Source: Tubulanus polymorphus (taxonomy: Eukaryota > Animalia > Nemertea). Taken from it: DNA of 64,000 bases. The translations under genes were made by a program, and so were the position numbers. Positions 1 to 11,915 of the stretch are shown in pieces (the first letter of the stretch is position 1; every line of letters starts with the position of its first letter). The DNA lies in contig NC_134032.1 of the NCBI RefSeq assembly GCF_964204645.1, positions 15,860,275 to 15,924,274 of the forward strand, in the 5' to 3' direction. The notes beneath the pieces are model-generated. The model saw only the letters and a list, made by a program, of their open reading frames with translations. It did not search any database and was not told where the DNA came from.

Positions 1-356
1 TACCCCCAGTGAGACACTGTCTGGTGAACTCAACATCCAAGTGCTGCAGAATCTACTCCCAGTGAGACACTGTCTGGTGAACTCAACATCCAAGTGCTGC
101 AGAATCTACCCCCAGTGAGACACTGTCTGGTGAACTCAACATCCAAGTGCTGCAGAATCTACCCCCAGTGAGACACTGTCTGGTGAACTCAACATCCTCC
201 AAGCTCTGCAGAATCTACCCCCAGTGAGACACTGTCTGGTGAACTCAACATCCAAGTGCTGCAGAATCTACCCCCAGTGAGACACTGTCTGGTGAACTCA
301 ACATCCTCCAAGCTCTGCAGAATCTACCCCCTGTGAGAAGCTGTCTGGTGAACTCA
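1..356. repeat. 53-57 bp minisatellite, about 6.5 copies, truncated by window edge
   Basis: Unit tacccccagtgagacactgtctggtgaactcaacatccaagtgctgcagaatc, with a 57-bp variant (catcctccaagctctgc). Confidence 0.95.
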
Positions 357-2605
357 TCGGTATCACACTGCAAATGACATTGAAATGAGAATATTCTATT
401 AAACTGCCATTGTGTCAATTTGTTTATGTGATGACTCAACCATCTTGCATTTATCCCCTCTCCCTCTCCCTACCTCAACTGATCCCCCTCCCCACCTCAA
501 CTGATCCCCCTCCCCACCTCAACTCATCCCCCTCCCCACCTCAACCTCATCCCCCTCCCCACCTCAACTCATCCCCTCAACCAAAACTTCTCATGTATTC
601 TTGTCTTTAATCATCCGCCACATGTCTTCAATCCTATCAATTACAGCCACCTTTTGATTTCTTCTAAACCTAACATAAATAAGTACTAATTATCCTTTAA
701 CCTAACTAAACCTTTACAGTTAAAAGGTGGTTGTTATAGATAGTTATTTTGGACAATAGGCTCAATCAACCAAATTTCACGGGCCCAGAAAATCTGTTAG
801 TTATAACCGATATAAGTGTGGAATTAATCAAATTGTTTTACTTGGGACAAAATTCTATATATTTGTTGAAATCCGACGAATCGTTGTATCTGAGTTTGTA
901 TTTATTTGTATAAATGTTATATATGTATTATTTGTAGTAATCTGTGATGCTGCTAAACCTGTTGGAATAATTCCACCAGATGATGAAATTCTTGTATCAA
1001 TTTGATGTACATCAATAAATATATGTATTATCGTGTTGTTTGTTTATCGCGGGATCCGTGGTGAGTTTCAATCACTGCGACTCCCAGCCGCAGACTCTGA
1101 TTTCAATTAAACACTTTCAAACCACTCTTCCATCGCAAACAAAACCCGTTTCAAGTTTTAGCTTTGGACAGGTTTTAGAACACGATGAAAAGGGTTTGCA
1201 CGTGTTTTCTGTAAGTCCCAACCCTAGGTTATTGCCATCGTTTGTTCCGGTTCCGTGTCCAAACTATCCAATGTCAGATGGACTGGTTCCGGTGTATTGG
1301 TGGCGAACTGCGGGTTCGGACTACGTAGACAACAGATTCCGTTTCCACTTCACGGGTCATCCTCGCTTTCGCAAACCCTTAAGCGAGCGCTGATTGGTCG
1401 GACACCACGTGTCATTTGTTACAAGTGCTGTGATTGGTACTACCGGATTCAGGTCGGTAACGACTCGCGGTGTCATGGGCAACGCCGGCGCTTGCAAAGT
1501 GAGTTCGAATCCTTTGACCGGTGAATGAAAATGCTTCACGGTTTCGGGCCAGGTGGAAACAGGTGTCCGTTGGTTGGTCCTATACGTGAAAACTCCTACT
1601 ATCCAGAATAAAACAGTTAACTATTTTCATCTTAATGTTCTATCATGGGAATAAAACAATGTTACGACACAATGAAAGATTTAGAAATATCGAACACGCA
1701 CTAAAAAACTTCAAACGGTAATTACCGTGTTTATAACAACTGACTGAATGGTATTTAGGAGAAAACTGAATTATTGTCTTTACGTGTCATAGAAATAAAA
1801 CCAACATATATGTTAAACCCTTAATGTAAAACTGAATGTTCGGAGTAATTTAGACTTTTGTTTCCTTGTTTTATTTCGGGTTTTTTATTGTGAGATTGAC
1901 ACGCGACGTTTGATAGTGAAGTCATCGAAATATTGGTTTTTATTTAAAAGTTTTATTCATAGTTTGATTTATCAGTTTATATCAATATCCCGGAACAGAA
2001 ATCAGAGAGATAATTAAGGAAAATTAAACTATCATAAAAAATGCAGTTTTGTTTAGTTCAAAGTTTTGATTATTCATCGTCTTTTAGTTTTATCAGTTTA
2101 TAAATAAATATCCCGCAGCACCAGTGTCAGTGTTTCCCGATGAGCAGATAATTACCCCTATTATACTATAAATCAGAGAGATAATTAAGGAAATTAAACT
2201 ATCATCAAAAATGCAGTTCTTTGATTCAAAGTTTTTATTATTTATCGTCTACTAATTTTATCAAATGTACATAAGGAAGATCCTGTTTATGTGGTTTTTT
2301 GGCTTTATCTATTTGTGTTACACTGAGTGTGATGATGGAGAGACAATTTAATCCTCAATAATTCTCTAAATAGTGATATTTACATGAACAAAGAATGATG
2401 ATAAATGATGATGATGCTGGCGGAGTGACAACAGCGATTCTTATCGTTTCTAGATTGAAACAAGGAAATGAAATTACTATTTAAAGACCAGCTCAGTTTT
2501 TTGATTCATAAAGCTGTTCATATCGGTCTGTGTGAAAAGGCGCAGTTTTTTGGTAGTAGTTCACAGTTCAGTTGTTTAGTATTTATCGCGAGTATCTGTT
2601 TGAAT

Positions 2606-5600
2606 ATGGAGTTGATGATGAAGAGTTTGTTTGTGGTCGCTGTAATTTTATTCGTCGAGAATTCTCAAGGTAAGCGAACAAATAATATTAATATCACTTA
2701 ATACTGATTAAATTTGTTGATTAAGAATTTTAGAGTTAAATTATTGAGATCAGTGCCGTCACATAGGTTAGAACTGTTTGATCAGTGCTGCTGTGCAGGT
2801 GCCGATCTGGGGAACTCTCTAAACTAATGGTCTCAAAAGGTCACTTTATTACCTCACTAAACGGCCAGTATGACGCGTTGTTCCGGGACTCGTTTCAAGG
2901 ACAGTTGTTTATTTAAAAAAAAGGAATAAATTTTCTCAAAACAGCAACTACCTATTGGTAGTATAGCACCGGTCAAACTAGACAGTAGGTTTTAAAACCA
3001 CAATATATAGAATTTAAAAGATTAATTACATATTTAATTAATCAAAATCAAATGATATTTCTATCGCGGGAACTTATCATCAGCACCTAGCGGGAGGAGT
3101 TTATCCTCAGCCTCGAACCCGGGACCTCCATTGTGCCAGGCGATCACGCTAACCACTAGACCATAAAGTTTGATGTAGTTTTTCCGGTCAGTGTCTGAGC
3201 ATTTAGCTGTGGTGCCGACTGATGACTAGTCAGCTGTGGTGACCTGGTGACAAGTCCAGTGACTGGTGACTAGTCCTGGTGATCAATGTGGTGTGGTAAC
3301 TGATGACCAATCCTTTTTTATAGACTGGTATTAACTTCGACCCGAAGGCTAACTAAATTCATAATCAGTTGAGTTAGCCCTCGGGTCTATACTACCGCTT
3401 TATAAGTTCATAGATACGGGTATTTTTCTATACAGTATTGACAGATGACACCGACTCAGGTTGTAGCGGCGAGTGGCCAGGTAGAAAACAGAGCGGAACT
3501 TCTGGCGTCATAACCAGTCCTAACTACCCGGGTAACTATGGCGACAATCTGCGCTGTGAATGGCGGATTGATACACCTCAAAACATGGTAAATATAAAAC
3601 ACAGGAAATTGTGAAATATATTCGCGGTTAGAAAAACTAGAAATATAATCAAAAATGTTTTTGTCAGTAATATTTGGACAAGTGTAGAACGGAACTTGGA
3701 TCCAGCACCAAATCGGCTGCTGAACTGATTAACTATTACATCACGTTATGCATTATCAATAGGGGTAACCCTTAATCATTACTACCAGTTAGAATGTAGT
3801 GAAAATATTTAAGAAATAATAAAACAATCAAATTAATTTTATTTCAGAGTTGCATAGTTCAAAGTTGAATCTGATTTGATCCTAAATTCTACGGGAAACC
3901 CTTAGATAACCACGTGACTGATTCTATTTTTAGCTGTCAAGAATATCGTTTGATCCTATTTTCGAATTGGACCGCAATACGACAAGTGGTTATTGCCACG
4001 ACGATGTATCCATATATAATTACCAAATATCCTGTAAGAATCGAACAATTTAATTTAAAACTCGATGTTAAATGAATAAATGAAGAAATATCAGCGATTT
4101 TCAAATCCAGCTAAAAATCTATCATTGATTTGTGTGTTTATTTTCACAGTATATAATGATGTATATTGCGACAAAACAGCGCCACCTACACGTTACTATT
4201 CCGGTTTTGTATACATCCAGTTTAGATCAGACATGTCTCTTAGCTACAAAGGCTTTAAACTGTTTTGGCGGTATTTCAAAGGTAGCTCATAATGAGAAGT
4301 TTATCATGGATTCAGTAAATTACATATAAAACAATTCAATTCAATATTTATTTGTAGTTGATTCGACATGTAGTAAAACACCTATAATACAGAATGGTAC
4401 ATCAGGCGTCATATCCAGCCCTAACTACCCGAACAACTACTACCACGGACTGGACTGTAGATGGTTAATTCTAGCTCCTGAAAATACGGTAAATATTTGG
4501 TGGTCTATGATGAAAATAATTTTGTCGGGTTTACTGCACAAGTTGGAGCTAAAATCAGTTTTAAGTTAAACCTTGAAATGAACAATTCAATTTCACCGTA
4601 CCACCAAAACATCTTAAGAGATTTAGCGACAGAGGAACTTTATGAATGATACTTTGTTTATGTTATGGAACTAATGCATCATGGGAAACTAATTCGAAAT
4701 TTACTTAAAATCGAATAATCGAACATAAATCGCATAAATCGAACTAGTTAATTTTTCGCTAATTCGCGTTTGTGAAACCGATTTAATCATCGAATTAACT
4801 ATCTCGAATTAACCAAATTTTAAAACGAATTATCAACTAATTCGAGTCCGAAAAAAAATGAAAATTGATCCATATAACGGGTATCACACTCTGTAGACAA
4901 TGCGATTGTTGACATTTGGATAATATTCAATTCTTAATTCATGTATTTTTGCAGATTGTTGAAATATCATTTGACTCGAATTTTCATATAGAGCCCATAC
5001 ATGTCGATTATTGTCTGGACTCCTTGTGGATAATAAGTGCAACCGGTAATCTAAATCTAAACACTCTTCACAACGTGAATGATTTTTATGATTCATTAAG
5101 TTGTATCAGATTTATTTGGCTGTTCCTGATATTAGTGTTCTATTAATCGTGAACAATCAAATTAATTTTATTTCAGAGTTGCAGAGTTCAAAGTTGAATC
5201 TGATTTGATCCAAAATTCTACGTGGAACCCTTAGATAACCACGTGACTAATTCCATTTTTAGGTGTTAAGAATATCGTTTGATCCTATTTTCGAATTGGA
5301 ACGCAAAACGATAAGTGGTCATTGCCGTGACAAAGTATCCATATATACTGACCCAAACTGTAAGAATCGAATAATTTAATTTAAAATGAATAAATGAAGA
5401 AATATCAAATCCAAATTTCAAATCCAGCTAAAAATATGTCATTGATTTGTTTTTGTATTTTTACGGCAGATGTTAATCATGATTGCGGCAATACAGCGCC
5501 ACCTACACGTAACTATTCCGGTGGTGTAACCATCAAGTTTGTAACCATCAAGTCAGACAACTCTGGTATCTACAAAGGGTTTAGACTTTATTGGCAGTTA

Positions 5601-8600
5601 TTGAAAGGTAGGTCATAATGAGAAGTTTATCATAGAATCAGTAAATTACATATAAAACAATTCAATTCAATATTTATTTGTAGTTGATTCATGTAGTAAA
5701 ACACCTATAATACAGAATGGTACATCAGGCGTCATAACCAGCCCTAACTACCCGGGCAAATACTACAACAACCTGGACTGCAGATGGTTGATTGATACTC
5801 CTGAAAACAGGGTAAATATATAACGAATTGTGAAATGTTGGTCTTAGCAAAAAATGTGGGGTTCAATGGGATTAGAATCAGTTTTAACTTTATTCCGGGG
5901 TTTAGTTCAACTGATTACTCTGGGTTAAAGTTAAATTGTTCACTTTTGATTAATATCTAACTCTGAATTCATATATTTTTTGCAGATGGTTGAAATATCA
6001 TTTAACTCGAATTTTCATATACAACCCAGAACTAGCGGTGGTTGCCATGACGCGTTGACGATAAAAAGTGAAACCGGTAAAAATCTAAACACTCTTCATA
6101 ACGTGAATGATTTTTATGGTTCGTAAAGTTTCATCAGATTTATTTCTACATCGGGGAGTATTGAATATTGCGGGTGGCTGCTTCTGATAGATTTGTGTTT
6201 TCAAATCCAGCCAAAAATATATCATTGTTTTGTTTTATTTTTACAGTAGAAAATGGTGATGTATATTGCGGCAGTACAGCGCCACCTACACGTAACTATT
6301 CCGGTGGTGTAACCATCAAGTTTACATCAGACAACTCTGGTATCTACAAAGGGTTTAAACTGTTCTGGCGGTATTTGAAAGGTAGCTGAGCATAATGAGA
6401 AGTTGATCATGGAATCAGTAAATCACATATAAAACAATTCAATTCAATATTTATTTGTAGTTGATTCATGTAGTAAAACACCTATAATACAGAATGGTAC
6501 ATCAGGTGTCATATCCAGCCCTAACCATCCGGGCAACTACTACCGCAGGCTGGACTGTAGATGGTTAATCCAAACACCTGAAAACAGGGTAAATATTTGG
6601 TCTATGAGAAAAATGATGTCGGGTTTACTGAACTTGTAGGAGCTCAACGGGGGTTTCAGTTTTAACTTTAACCCGAGGTTTAGTTTCGAACTGATAACTA
6701 AACTGATTAAAGTTAAAACTGATCCATACAAACGGGTCCTGCACTCTGCAAACAATACGACGGTTCACTTTGAATTATAATCAACAATTATTAATCTTAA
6801 TTCTTATATTTTTACAGATTGTTGAAATATCATTTGACTCGAATTTCAGTATGGGGGCCAAAACTGGCGATAATTGCCATGACGCGTTGACGATAAAAAG
6901 TGGAACCGGTAAAAATCTAAACACTATTCACAACGTGAATGATTTTATGATTCATAAAATTTTATCAGATTTCTTTGTCTGCTCCTGATGTTTATTTTCA
7001 AATCCAGCTAGAAAATATATCATTGATTTGTGTGTTTATTCTTACAGTGAATGTATATTGTGGCAATACAGCGCCACCTACACGTAACTATACCGGTCGT
7101 GTAATCATCCGGTTTACATCAGGCAGCTATGATAGCTACAAAGGGTTTAGACTTTTTTGGCGGTTTTTGAAAGGTAGGTCATTAGTGAGAAGTTGATCAT
7201 GGAATCAGTAAATCACATATAAAACAATTCAATTCAATATTTATTTGTAGTTGATTCATGTAGTAAAACACCTATAATACAGAATGGTAGATCAGGCGTC
7301 ATATCCAGCCCTAACTACCCGAACAAGTACTACCGCGGACTGGACTGTAGATGGTTAATCCAAACACCTGAAAACACGGTAAATATTTGGTCTATGAGAA
7401 AAATGATGTCGGATTTTCTGCACTACTAGGAAATCAATGGGACTAAATTCAGTTTAACTTAAACATTATTCATATATTAACTTTAACCCGAGGTTTAGTT
7501 TTGAACTGATAACTCTGGATTAAAGTTAAAACTAATCTATATAAACGGGTCCTACATTCTGCAAACAATACGACGGTTCACTTTGAATTATAATCAACAA
7601 TTATTAATCTTAATTCTTATATTTTTACAGATTGTTGAAATATCATTTGACTCGAACTTCAGTATGGGGGCCAAAACTGGTGATAGTTGCTATGACGCGT
7701 TGACGATAAAAAGTGGAACCGGTAAAAATCTAAACACTCTTCAAAACGTGAATGATTTTATGATTCATAAAGTTTTATTAGATTTATTTGTCTGCTCCTG
7801 ATGTTTATTTTCAAATCCAGCTAGAAAATATATCATTGATTTGTGTGTTTATTTTTATAGCAGAAAATGGTGATGTATATTGCGGCAATACAGCGCCACC
7901 TACACGTGTATATTCCGGTGAGGTAGTCATCCGGTTTACATCAGACATGTCTGGTAGCTACAAAGGGTTTAAACTCTGTTGGAAATTTGTGAAAGGTAGC
8001 TGAGCATAACGAGAAGTTTATCATGGAATCAGTAAATCACATATAAAACAATTCAATTCAATATTTATTTGTAGTTGATTCATGTAGTAAAACACCTATA
8101 ACACAGAATGGTAGATCAGGCGTCATAACCAGCCCTAACTACCCGAACAGCTATAATGACAATATCGACTGTAGCTGGTTAATCCAAGCACCTGAAAACA
8201 GGGTAAATATATAAATAATTGTTAGGAAAAAATGAATTCGTCAGATTTTGAGCACGAGGTTCATTGGGGTTATAATCAGTTTTAACTTTATTCCGGGGTT
8301 TAGTTCAACTGATAACTCCGGGTTAAAGTTAAAACTGATCTACTGAAACGGGTCCTACATTCTGCTGACAATACAATTGCTCACTTTTAAATTACATTTG
8401 ATTTGGGAAGTAAAGTGGTTGTGCTGTATATCCGCAATTCACTTTCTTTTCTCTGGTTGAATCAAGTTATTACTGAAATAGCATTCGAATAGCCATTTTA
8501 TTTTTAAAAATTGTGTCGTTCAGCTATCCTGTTGCAAGTTTCGCAGTTGAAGTTTACTGGTGCCATCTGATTTCTCAGTATCTCAAATCTATTTTTGCAG

Positions 8601-11027
8601 ATGGTTGAAATATCGTTTGACTCGAAGTTTCATATACAGACAAGTAAAGGTCGTTGCTGGGACGCGTTGACGATAAAAAGTGAAACCGGTAAAAATCTTA
8701 ACACTCTTCATAACGTGAATTATTTTTATGGTTCGTAAAGTTTTATCATTATTCATTTCTTCACCAGGGAGTAATCAATATTGCGGGTCGACTGCTCCAG
8801 ATAATCGATCCCACACTGGAAATATTACAATACAGTTTACATCAGACAACTCGGGAAGCGATGCTGGGTTTAAACTTCTATGGCGGATTAAAGGTAGCTA
8901 TACGATGAAAATAGTAAAATTTAAATATGTAAACTTAAGTCTATAATTTGAACCTGTTTGATATAGATGAGTTTCATATTCTGTATTTCAGACAAAGATA
9001 CAGATAGAATCAGTTATTTGACAGTTGTTTTCGGGATTGGTTTTCTGATTATAGTAATAGTGGCTGCTATAGCTATCGCCGTGTTGATCAGACAGCGGAG
9101 GAACGTGAGAAACAGAAATACAGGTTTGTTATTTATCATTTTACTTTAAACGGGGTTGAGTGGAAGCGTGTTTGGGGTATTTACGTCAAATTAGAAATGA
9201 TAACAATGAAACTGAGTCCTCCAGAATATAATCTGACTTGATTTCGGGAACAGGAAGTTCTTTGAATAAAAATAAATACATGTAATATTTCATCTAACAT
9301 TCTATTATTGTTTATAGGTAACAACACGACCGATCCAGGGGCAATGTACTATCAGGTTCGTTAATATAGATACATTAACATTGGTTTTTAAATTTTATTT
9401 TATTTGTGAATATTTTGTAAATTGTTTAACCGATTTATTTTTAGCCTTCGTCTTCTGGAGTTGGTGGTAGGATCTACACAACACAGGACGGTATCTACGA
9501 AGACATAGATGACGGTGAAATCTACGATGATGTAGATATTGTAGATGTCGTTGTCGCAGGTGTCAGGAACGCTACAGAGAATGACGTAGATGTCAGGAAC
9601 GCTACAGATGATGACGTAGATGTAAGGAACGCTACAGATGATGACGTAGATGTAAGGAACGCTACAGATGATGACGTTGATGTAAGGAACGCTACAGATG
9701 ATGACGTAGATGCATGGAACTCTACAGATGATGACGTAGATGCATGGAACTCTACAGATGATGACGTAGATGTATGGAACTCTACAGATGATGACGTAGA
9801 TGACAACCTTGTCGCAGATGTCAGAAACCCTCCAGAAGATGACTACGTTGGCCCAGATGTCATGAACCCTCCAGAAGATACCTACATTGTCGCAGGTGTC
9901 CGGAACCCTCCAGAAGATGACTACGTTGGCCCAGATGTCATGAACCCTCCAGAAGATACCTACATTGTCACAGGTGTCAGGAATCCTCCAGAAGATGATT
10001 ATGTCGTTGTCGCGGGTGTCAGGAACACTCCTGAAGATACCTACATTGTTCCAGATGCAAGAAACTCTTCAGAAGATGACTACGTCGTTGTCCCAAATAT
10101 CAGGAACACTCCAGAAGATACCTACATTGTCGCAGGTGTCCGGAACCCTCCAGAAGATACCTACATTGTTGCACTTAAGGTTTGTCAATATAAATAATAC
10201 ATTTCTATTGTTTTCAATTTTTTTATTTGCGAATATATTATTAGGCCTAATTGTTTACCGATTTATTTTCAGCCAACAGCTACTTCAGCTGACGACAGGA
10301 TCTCTCCAGAAGATGACTACGTTGGCCCAGATGTTAGGTACTCTACAGAAGATACCTACGTTGTCGCAGGTGTCAGGAATCCCCCTGAAGATACCTACAT
10401 TGTTCCAGATGCAAGAAACTGTACAGAAGATGACTACGTCGTTGTCGCAGGTGTCAGGAATCCTCCAGAAGATGACTACTTCGTTGTCGCAGGTGTCAGG
10501 AACACTCCTGAAGATACCTACATTGTTCCAGATGCAAGAAACTCTTCAGAAGATGATTACGTCGTTGTCGCAGGTGTCAGAAACCCCCCAGAAGATACCT
10601 ATGTTGTCCCAGATATCAGAAACACTCCAGAAGATACCTACATTGTTCCAGATGTCAGGAACCCTCCAGAAGATACCTACGTTGTTGCAGATGGCATAAG
10701 ACCACAATTAGGTTAGTAGATGCGTAGGGCACGACACAAAAATAATGTAGTACCAAAAGAGAAAGTGAGGTCCCCCATAAACATTGCCGGTTACATGTAT
10801 GTAAGCCATGGGTTCAGAGAGACAGGTTGATGGTGTGGGTCGGACCCAACCTTTCAAAAGTTTTCAGTATAGGGAAAAGTAAGGTTGGGTTTCAGGGGCG
10901 GATACTAACCTAGGTTGTCATAAGCAACCTTTCCTGGATTTACGCGCTTATATTATGAACTCAACGCTCGAATTTATTTCTTATCTTTTCTTTATGATAT
11001 ATAGATGATAATGGAACAATGGACTAA
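2606..11027 (+). CDS. Type I membrane receptor: signal peptide, 6 CUB domains, TM, Tyr-repeat cytoplasmic tail (~1189 aa, 24 exons)
   Basis: GT-AG exons, all phase-compatible: 2606-2669 (MELMMKSLFVVAVILFVENSQ signal). CUB1 3436-3587, 3934-4033, 4150-4281. CUB2 4358-4488, 4955-5045 (or 5263-5359), 5470-5607. CUB3 5684-5811, 5986-6076, 6247-6381. CUB4 6461-6588, 6818-6908, 7048-7173. CUB5 7251-7378, 7631-7721, 7861-7995. CUB6 8075-8202, 8601-8688, 8768-8893. TM 8992-9123, then 9318-9355, 9445-10179, 10273-10711, 11005-11027 (TAA). CUB signatures SGVITSPNYP..Y..N..C.W.I, YCG, F.SD.S..YKGF. Alternative end: read-through to TAG at 10714-10716. Confidence 0.9.
3061..3165 (-). mobile_element. tRNA-derived SINE head in intron 1 of the CUB gene
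   Basis: Minus strand has TGGTCTAGTGG (A box) and GGTTCGAG (B box) at tRNA spacing, with no complete cloverleaf. Confidence 0.6.
5263..5359 (+). CDS. Alternative middle exon of CUB2 (VLRISFDPIFELERKTISGHCRDKVSIYTDPN)
   Basis: tttttag acceptor, gtaaga donor, open frame, phase 0 to 1 like 4955-5045; paralogous to CUB1 exon 3934-4033. Confidence 0.65.
8992..9123 (+). CDS. Transmembrane exon of the CUB receptor
   Basis: YLTVVFGIGFLIIVIVAAIAIAVLI followed by basic stop-transfer RQRRNVRNR; phase 1-1. Confidence 0.9.
9445..10711 (+). CDS. Cytoplasmic tail exons: YEDI/YDDV motifs, 8 acidic 10-aa repeats, 19 ED[D/T]Y repeats (9445-10179, 10273-10711)
   Basis: Frame open from 9445 (contains ORF 9862-10197); aag|gtttgt donor at 10179; ttttcag acceptor at 10272. 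Confidence 0.85.
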
Positions 11028-11592
11028 GCTCAGATGTCAGGAATGCTAAAGAAGATGACTACACTGTTACAGAAACTCTCTATAAGATGACGACTTTGTC
11101 ACAGATATCAGAAACTCTTCAGAAGATAACTACATTGTAGTAGAGGTCAGGAATCTACAGTGGCTGTTGTGTTGTATAAATGTAACTTTATGAAATGTAA
11201 TGAATTTCAAGAACTCTGATATAAACGAAAATATAGTTTGAATTTTGAAATTCCTCGACTGCCAGAGCACCATATAGTGTGTATATATCTATTTTCACAG
11301 TATTTTCAAGTATTTGTATATTGTTATATTGTATAAGCAAAGACTAACAAAATGAAAAAGAATCATATTTACTTGACCTCAGAATTTGAATATAACAATA
11401 ACAGTCGTTTTGTTCGATATATATTTGTGTCGTTTAGGAGCCAGTTGTTCAAACATTGTTTTAGAATTAACGGGTCGACAATAATAGTAACAATTCAATT
11501 TCAATTGTCACTTAATGAACTGTCCACCGCTAAACTTTGACCATGGACTCCAGAATCCATTGTTTAATCAATGTTTGGGCAATGGGTCACTG

Positions 11593-11791
11593 GGGCCAGT
11601 TTCACAGTCGTGACTTAAGTCCGTGGTTTTAAATCTTTAAGACTGATCTTAAGTTGTTTGATTTTCTATAGAACTAACTTTTGGTTTTTGTCTAAGACTT
11701 ATATGACCAGTCTAAGACCAACTTAGTTCTATAGCCAATCTAACAACTTAAGACCAGTTTTAAGATTTAAGGGTACGTTTGGAACTGGCCT
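11593..11791. mobile_element. PIF/Harbinger-type MITE
   Basis: GGGCCAGTT...AACTGGCCT termini, CTG TSD (11590-11592, 11792-11794), internal palindromy; second copy at 60191-60333. Confidence 0.75.
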
Positions 11792-11915
11792 CTGGTGTTT
11801 GATGTACTGGGCACTGGCTAAGGATTTTTCTTAATCCCTTCTTACTGGATACTGGTCAAGTCAATCAATGACAATCCCCATCCCAAGCCCTGGTAAGTGA
11901 GTTATCTCTGAAATC

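Noticed and set aside
1040-1600. GC-richer island with several ORFs and a possible minus-strand acceptor near 1597
   Set aside because: No frame stays open beyond about 80-117 aa and there is no recognisable domain; at most a decayed exon.
3055-3085. Hammerhead-like CTGATGA…GAAA in the SINE body (minus strand)
   Set aside because: Stem II does not pair and stem I is not evident.
9965-10699. 244-aa ORF
   Set aside because: Shadow frame of the tyrosine-repeat exons; it crosses intron 10180-10272.
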